Source: a bacterium (GTDB lineage: Bacteria; Sysuimicrobiota; Sysuimicrobiia; Sysuimicrobiales; Humicultoraceae). From it: a DNA stretch of 22,378 bases. The stretch covers positions 1 to 22,378 of the forward strand of contig JBGQGY010000056.1 of the NCBI GenBank assembly GCA_041497675.1, read 5' to 3'. The notes under the pieces were generated by a model that was not told the DNA's origin, ran no database searches, and saw nothing but the letters and a program-made list of their open reading frames with translations. Positions 17,755 to 22,378 of the stretch are shown in pieces (within the stretch, counting starts at the first letter, position 1; each line of letters opens with the position of its first letter). Position numbers and translations under genes: made by a program.

Positions 17755-18833
17755 GCGACACACACACCACGAGGCTCACCGGGCTCCGCCAGGCGTTGAC
17801 GGCGCAGCGCGTGGACGCCGCGCTGATCGGCGCACTCACCAACACCCGCTACCTGACGGGATTCACCGGGTCGGCGGGCTATCTCGTGGTGGGTCACCAG
17901 GAGGCGACGTTGTACGTTGACGGCCGCTATACCGAGCAGGCCACGGAACAATTCACCAGCGGCCGGGTGACGACGACAGTGCGCGATATCCTCGGCGGCG
18001 TGATCGAGTCGCTCAAAGGCACGGTGCACGCTGGCTCGCGGATCGGGTTTGAGGCGGCTGCGCTGCCTTATGATCAGTGGCGGCGCGCCGCCGATGAGCT
18101 CACTGGGGTTGACCTCGTCCCCACGGCGCGTCTCGTCGAGACGTTGCGGGCTCGGAAAGACGCCGCCGAGGTCGACTCCATCCGTCAGGCCGTGGCCATC
18201 ACCGATCGCGCCTACGAAGATCTTCTCACGTGGATCAAACCCGGCATGAAGGAATCCGAAGTCGCCGCCCGCTGCGAGTACTTCCAGCGCATGCACGGCG
18301 GCGACCGCAAAGAAACGCGAACGGCCGTCGGCTCGGGACCGCGATCCGCGATGCCGCATTGTATCGCGACCGATCGTGTCGTCGGCCCGAACGAGCCGGT
18401 GATGCTCGACCTCGGGTGTCTCGTCGACGGGTACACATCGGACCTGACGCGCACGGTGTGGCTGGGGAAGCCTCCGGCGGACTTCGAGGCCATGTACCGC
18501 GCGGTCGGCGAAGCGCAACAGCTGGCCATCGACGCGGTCAAACCGGGCGTCGCGGGACGCGCGATCCACGAGATTGCCCGCAACCATCTGGTGCGTGGCG
18601 GTTTCCCGGACCTCCCGCACTCGTTGGGACATTCGCTTGGGCTGAACATCCACGAGCGGCCCTCGTTCTCGGCGGTCGAAACCACGGCGATCGAGGTCGG
18701 CAACGTCATCACGGTCGAACCCGGGATCTATCTGTCCGGACGCTACGGTGTCCGGACCGAAGACATTATCGTTGTTACCCCAAATGGCTGTGAAGTGCTG
18801 AGTACGCGGGAGCACGCGCTGCAGGTACGCTGA
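17751..18833 (+). CDS. Xaa-Pro dipeptidase/aminopeptidase P family protein (M24B), canonical metal site
   Basis: NTRYLTGFTGS, VDGRY, MPH, DLGCLVDGYTSDLTRT, HSLGHSLGLNIHE, VEPGIY, GVRTED: all five ligands present. Confidence 0.93.
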   Translation: MSDTHTTRLTGLRQALTAQRVDAALIGALTNTRYLTGFTGSAGYLVVGHQEATLYVDGRYTEQATEQFTSGRVTTTVRDILGGVIESLKGTVHAGSRIGFEAAALPYDQWRRAADELTGVDLVPTARLVETLRARKDAAEVDSIRQAVAITDRAYEDLLTWIKPGMKESEVAARCEYFQRMHGGDRKETRTAVGSGPRSAMPHCIATDRVVGPNEPVMLDLGCLVDGYTSDLTRTVWLGKPPADFEAMYRAVGEAQQLAIDAVKPGVAGRAIHEIARNHLVRGGFPDLPHSLGHSLGLNIHERPSFSAVETTAIEVGNVITVEPGIYLSGRYGVRTEDIIVVTPNGCEVLSTREHALQVR

Positions 18834-18864
18834 GTTCCTGCGCTGAGTTCTAAGGAGGCGGATC

Positions 18865-19653
18865 GTGGAAACGCACCTGGGCCGAATGACCCTAAACGAA
18901 GCTGAAACCCGGCTGGCCACACGCCCCGTCGTCCTGCTGCCGTTTGGCGCGCAGGAGGCCCACGGTCCGCACCTGCCGCTCGGCGCCGACTATCTCGTGG
19001 CCGAAGAGGTCGCGATGCGCGCGTCGCGGCTCACCGGTGCGGTCGTGGCGCCGACGATGCCGTACGGGCCCACACCGGCTTTCAAGGGGTACGCCGGCAG
19101 CGTCAGCACGCGGGCCGAGATCACGCAGATGCTGGCCGAAGACATTATCATCAATCTGGCCGCCGCCGGCCCGACCCATTTTGTCTTCGTCGACAATCAC
19201 GCCGGTAACGACCCGGCACTCGAGGTCGCGGCCCGCGCCGTGCAGGCGCGCGCGGGTGTCAGCGTCGGGCACTTCTATCCCTGGAGAGTGATGACAGCCT
19301 GGGGCCCCGAGCTCTTCGGGAGTGACTGGAAGGCCGTGTTCGGGCACGGCGCAGAGCCCAATACATCGGTGATGCTCTATCTCATGCCCGACAACGTCGA
19401 CATGCGGCACGCGGTCGCCGGCTCACTCGCCCCCCTCGGCGGCCGGCCGATGACCGGCAGCCGGTACGTGGAGATCGACGGCGTGCAGTCGCAGATCTAC
19501 ATTGACCTGCGGCGCGTCAATGAGTCGAGCATCACCGGCGGTGATCCGCGGCTGCGCCCCGATCCCGAGTTAGGCCGGATCTTCGTCGAACGCTGCGCGG
19601 AAGCGCTGGCAAGCTTCGTACAATGGTTCAGGACTGTGCACGCCTCGACATAG
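18865..19653 (+). CDS. Creatininase-family amidohydrolase
   Basis: AAGGAGG RBS; LPFGAQEAHGPHLPLGAD, DNHAGN, HGAEPNTS. Confidence 0.9.
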   Translation: METHLGRMTLNEAETRLATRPVVLLPFGAQEAHGPHLPLGADYLVAEEVAMRASRLTGAVVAPTMPYGPTPAFKGYAGSVSTRAEITQMLAEDIIINLAAAGPTHFVFVDNHAGNDPALEVAARAVQARAGVSVGHFYPWRVMTAWGPELFGSDWKAVFGHGAEPNTSVMLYLMPDNVDMRHAVAGSLAPLGGRPMTGSRYVEIDGVQSQIYIDLRRVNESSITGGDPRLRPDPELGRIFVERCAEALASFVQWFRTVHAST

Positions 19654-19659
19654 CGCGCA

Positions 19660-19929
19660 TCAACGTCCGAGCACGATGTCGATTCCAGCGAGGATCACGT
19701 CAAACTTCTTTCGAGAGAGTTTCCCAACGCGCTCTGTGAGAATTCTCTTGTCGAGCGTGATGATCTGTGACACGTTCGCCACGGAGTCCTTGGGCAACCC
19801 TGTCAGACGCGCTTGAAGCAGCACGTTTCCCGGCGCGCTCGCCCAACGAAGATTGCTTGTGAGCGGGATACACACGGCGGTGGCGATGCGGCTACGATTG
19901 AGGGCATCGCCCTGGGAGACGTCTACCAC
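19660..19929 (-). pseudogene. PemK/MazF-family toxin, N-terminal catalytic segment missing
   Basis: 89 aa with QGDALNRSRIATAVCIPLTSN, GLPKDSVANVSQIITLDK, typical of the C-terminal three quarters of PemK/MazF; lacks the W-x-D-L...R-P-x-V-V segment; start overlaps the antitoxin stop. Confidence 0.75.
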
Positions 19930-20159
19930 TCTGTCCGTTCCAGAATGCGCCGGCCCGCGCTCGTGATAAACGGATCAGGCGCCTGGTCGACTTCCTCACA
20001 GACTTTGTTCATGGCTTCGGTGATCGCATCGGGCGCGTGCCGGGCGAGGTATTCGGCGAGCGCTTCGCCATAGAGCTTGCTTCGGGACTTTTTTGCGCGA
20101 TGTGCGTACTGTTCCGCCTCTTGGAAGATGTCGTCTGGTATCGAGATAGCAGTTTTCAT
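19923..20159 (-). CDS. Ribbon-helix-helix antitoxin (ChpI/MazE-like)
   Basis: MKTAISIPDDIF..AE..A....SRSKLY..AL..YL RHH pattern, 78 aa, ends in EW overlapping the toxin start. Confidence 0.85.
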   Translation of the reverse strand: MKTAISIPDDIFQEAEQYAHRAKKSRSKLYGEALAEYLARHAPDAITEAMNKVCEEVDQAPDPFITSAGRRILERTEW

Positions 20160-20190
20160 ACCAATAGTACAATGGGTTACTGTTCGCTCC

Positions 20191-20219
20191 TTGACATGGC
20201 GAACATACGTTCGTACCCT
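20191..20219 (+). promoter_or_regulatory. Sigma70-type promoter of the imuA-imuB-dnaE2 operon
   Basis: Perfect TTGACA (20191-20196), 17-nt spacer, TACCCT (20214-20219; TAnnnT). Confidence 0.8.
20200..20213. promoter_or_regulatory. LexA operator (SOS box), Firmicutes/Actinobacteria type
   Basis: Perfect palindromic CGAAC-ATAC-GTTCG in the -35/-10 spacer directly upstream of an imuABC cassette. Confidence 0.88.
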
Positions 20220-20228
20220 GAGACGGAC

Positions 20229-20834
20229 GTGGTACTTCTGCCCCTGCGCAGCGTTGTCTTCCCAGAAACCCGGCCTCAGCCTGCTCCCTGGGGCCTGGCG
20301 GCCATAGCGGGGCGCCTGGTAGAGATCGCCGGGGCCGAGGACTCCGCCGCCCTGACCATGACGGCCAGACTCATCCTCGACGCCCAGAAGGCGGGCGAGC
20401 AGGTGGTCTGGATCGCCCCGTCCGAAAGTCTCTTTTTCGCCCCCGACGTCCTCGAGAGCGGGATCGACCTGGACGCTCTTGTGGTGGTTCGCGTCCCTGA
20501 TTCCGCCGCCGGCGCGCGCGCCGCGGACAAACTCATCCGATCAAGCGCATTTGGGCTCGTCGTCGTGGACACTGGATCTACCCCACGCGTCCCGGTTCCC
20601 CTGATGGCGCGTCTGGCCTCACTCGCGCAGCGCAACCATACCGCCCTGGTCTTCCTGACGCAGCCCGCCGGCACGTCCTCTCTCGGATCCCTGATTTCCC
20701 TGCGCGTGCGGGCCCGGCGCCAGCGGATCGCCGCCGACCGGTTCCGCTGCTGGCTCGAGGTTCTCAAAGACAAGCGGCGAGGGCCAACCTGGGGATACGA
20801 AGAGGTGTGTCGTGGAGCGCCTGGCATGCGTTAA
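20229..20834 (+). CDS. imuA: ImuA / RecA-like mutasome accessory protein
   Basis: RecA-core similarity (GRLVEIAG, VVWI, SGIDLDALVVVR, ADKLIRSSAFGLVVVD) with degenerate Walker A (GAEDSAALT); upstream of imuB. Start inferred at GTG 20229, the first in-frame start downstream of the promoter. Confidence 0.82.
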   Translation: MVLLPLRSVVFPETRPQPAPWGLAAIAGRLVEIAGAEDSAALTMTARLILDAQKAGEQVVWIAPSESLFFAPDVLESGIDLDALVVVRVPDSAAGARAADKLIRSSAFGLVVVDTGSTPRVPVPLMARLASLAQRNHTALVFLTQPAGTSSLGSLISLRVRARRQRIAADRFRCWLEVLKDKRRGPTWGYEEVCRGAPGMR

Positions 20835-22302
20835 TATTCCGGCGCTCCCGCTGCAGATCGTGCTGCGGGGCCATCCCGACTGGCGGCCGTATCCGGTCGT
20901 GGTGGTCGCCGAGGATCGGCCGCAGAGCCCGATCGTGTGGGTCAACGGGCGCGCCAGGAAATCGGGCGTCACCCCGGGGCTGAGTTACGCGGCGGCGCTC
21001 TCGCTCGTGCCGGAACTGCGGGCGGAAGCCGTGGCCCCCGCGCACGTCGCGGGCACGGCGGAGGTGATCGCCGCGCGGCTGCGCGCATTCTCCCCCGACG
21101 TCGAACCGTCATCCGATGAGCCGGGTGTGTTTTGGGCGAACATCGCCGGGCTGCATCGCTTGTATGACTCGCTCGATGTGTGGGCCGGCACCGTGCGGGC
21201 CGATCTGGCGGGGGCGGGATTTACCGCACTCGTGGTCGTCGGGTTCACGCGATTCGGCACGTACGCCGCGGCGCGGGTCGCGCGAAGCGTGCGCATGTTC
21301 TCCGATCCGCGCGACGAACGCGATGAGGCGGGCCGCGTGCCGCTCGTGCGTCTTGCGACGATTCCGCCCGAGACGCTCGACGCGCTGCACCAGTTGGGCG
21401 TGCGCTCGGTAAGCGCGCTGCTGCGCCTGCCTGCCGATGGACTGCTCGAACGGTTCGGCCCCGAACTCCACCGATTGCACCGGTTGGCCGCCGGCGACCT
21501 GTTGATCCCGCTGCAACCGAAGACCCCGCCCGATCCGATCCAGCGATCCGTGCTCCTCGACGACCCCGAGAACGACGCGGGTGGGCTGTTGTTTCTCATC
21601 AAGCGACTCTTGCATCCTATGCTGGCGGCGCTGGCCACGCGCGGGCAGGCGCTGGCCGCGCTCGATATGCGGCTGCGGCCGGACAGACAACCGTGGCACG
21701 CTGAGCGGATCCGTCCCGCATCACCGACGCTCGATGCGGTGCAGATCCTCGACCTCGTGCGCCTGCGGCTGGAATCGGTGGGGCTCGCGGCCGGCGTGAT
21801 CGAGATCGATCTTGAGGCGAGCGGTCAGCCGGCCACGCCGGAACAGATGCAACTGTTCACCGAGCACCAGCAGCGCGACCTCGACGCCGGCAACCGCGCG
21901 CTGGCCAGGCTGCGCGCCGAACTGGGCGACGGCGCGGTGGTGCGCGCCGTGCTGCGCAAAGGCCATTTACCCGAAGCCCGCTTCAGCCTGGAGCGTATGG
22001 AGCGCCTGCAGGCCCCGCAGCCCCGCCAGACGGATGTGCCCACGCTGGTGCGCCGTGTGTTCTCGCGACCGCAGGCATTACCCCCGGCGCCGCGCCCGTC
22101 GCACGATGACGGCTGGCTCATCTCGGGCGTGGTACGCGGGTCGGTGGCCGATCAGACGGGGCCGTATATCCTCTCCGGCGGCTGGTGGGTGCGCGAGGTG
22201 CGCCGCGACTATTACTTTGTCGAGACGCGCCGGGGCGAGCTGCTGTGGGTCTACTACGACCGCCGGCGCCGAGGGTGGTTTCTGCATGGACGAGTGGAGT
22301 GA
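20812..22302 (+). CDS. imuB: ImuB, inactive Y-family DNA polymerase homologue
   Basis: RLACVNIPALPLQ N-terminus without the catalytic Asp, PVVVV, GVTPGLSYAAA, LHQLGVR, QMQLF clamp-binding-like motif, C-terminal GP..LSGGWW..RDYY...LLWVY...WFLHG; flanked by imuA and dnaE2. Confidence 0.88.
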   Translation: MERLACVNIPALPLQIVLRGHPDWRPYPVVVVAEDRPQSPIVWVNGRARKSGVTPGLSYAAALSLVPELRAEAVAPAHVAGTAEVIAARLRAFSPDVEPSSDEPGVFWANIAGLHRLYDSLDVWAGTVRADLAGAGFTALVVVGFTRFGTYAAARVARSVRMFSDPRDERDEAGRVPLVRLATIPPETLDALHQLGVRSVSALLRLPADGLLERFGPELHRLHRLAAGDLLIPLQPKTPPDPIQRSVLLDDPENDAGGLLFLIKRLLHPMLAALATRGQALAALDMRLRPDRQPWHAERIRPASPTLDAVQILDLVRLRLESVGLAAGVIEIDLEASGQPATPEQMQLFTEHQQRDLDAGNRALARLRAELGDGAVVRAVLRKGHLPEARFSLERMERLQAPQPRQTDVPTLVRRVFSRPQALPPAPRPSHDDGWLISGVVRGSVADQTGPYILSGGWWVREVRRDYYFVETRRGELLWVYYDRRRRGWFLHGRVE

Positions 22303-22378
22303 GTTACACTCCCCTCTGGTGCAAGACCAACTTCTCGTTTCACGAAGGCGCCTCGCACGCTGAGGAGCTGGTCGAAGA
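22299..22378 (+). CDS. dnaE2: Error-prone DNA polymerase III alpha DnaE2/ImuC, 5' end only (truncated by window)
   Basis: Not in the ORF track. GTG at 22299 overlaps the imuB stop (GTGA) and reads MSYTPLWCKTNFSFHEGASHAEELVE, matching the DnaE2 PHP-domain start (Y..L...SNFSFL.GAS..EELV). Confidence 0.85.
   Translation, partial: MSYTPLWCKTNFSFHEGASHAEELVE

Noticed and set aside
17679..18920. 413-aa minus-strand ORF
   Set aside because: Shadow of the canonical Xaa-Pro peptidase; no motifs.
15860..19653. Mycofactocin-like system (creatininase plus SDRs)
   Set aside because: No MftA precursor peptide, MftB or radical SAM MftC in the window.
20173..20186. Possible second LexA site ending in GTTCG
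   Set aside because: Only one half-site; the left half (TGGGT) does not resemble CGAAC.
20037..20228. Longer N-terminus for imuA from the ORF track
   Set aside because: Overlaps the antitoxin on the opposite strand and runs through the promoter and LexA box.
1..22378. CRISPR array, tRNA/rRNA, transposase or integrase
   Set aside because: Window is almost entirely protein-coding; no spaced repeats, RNA-gene signatures or recombinase motifs seen by eye.

Overview
High-GC bacterial chromosomal window, almost fully coding, in four blocks. (1) 5-8909 (+): peptide/nickel-family ABC uptake operon (Tat-type solute-binding protein, S9 prolyl-oligopeptidase-family peptidase, two permeases), then a glutamine synthetase, an N,N-dimethylformamidase large-subunit-like amidohydrolase and an internally deleted SDR remnant. 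(2) 8916-19653: a divergent catabolic cluster with an aldo/keto reductase and a metal-ligand-less M24-fold protein on the minus strand, and on the plus strand a second Opp/Dpp-type binding protein, two permeases, two more M24 peptidases, two SDRs, a YciI-like protein and a creatininase-family amidohydrolase. (3) 19660-20159 (-): a type II toxin-antitoxin pair whose PemK/MazF toxin lacks its N-terminal catalytic segment. (4) 20191-end (+): an imuA-imuB-dnaE2 mutagenesis cassette preceded by a TTGACA-N17-TACCCT promoter with a perfect CGAAC-N4-GTTCG LexA box in the spacer. No ABC ATPase, transcription regulator for the catabolic genes, RNA gene, CRISPR array or transposase was recognised. The best candidates for undescribed biology are the catabolic cluster with three differently wired M24 paralogues and the DMFase-like/GS/peptide-uptake operon. 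All family calls come from motif recognition by eye; no database search was run.
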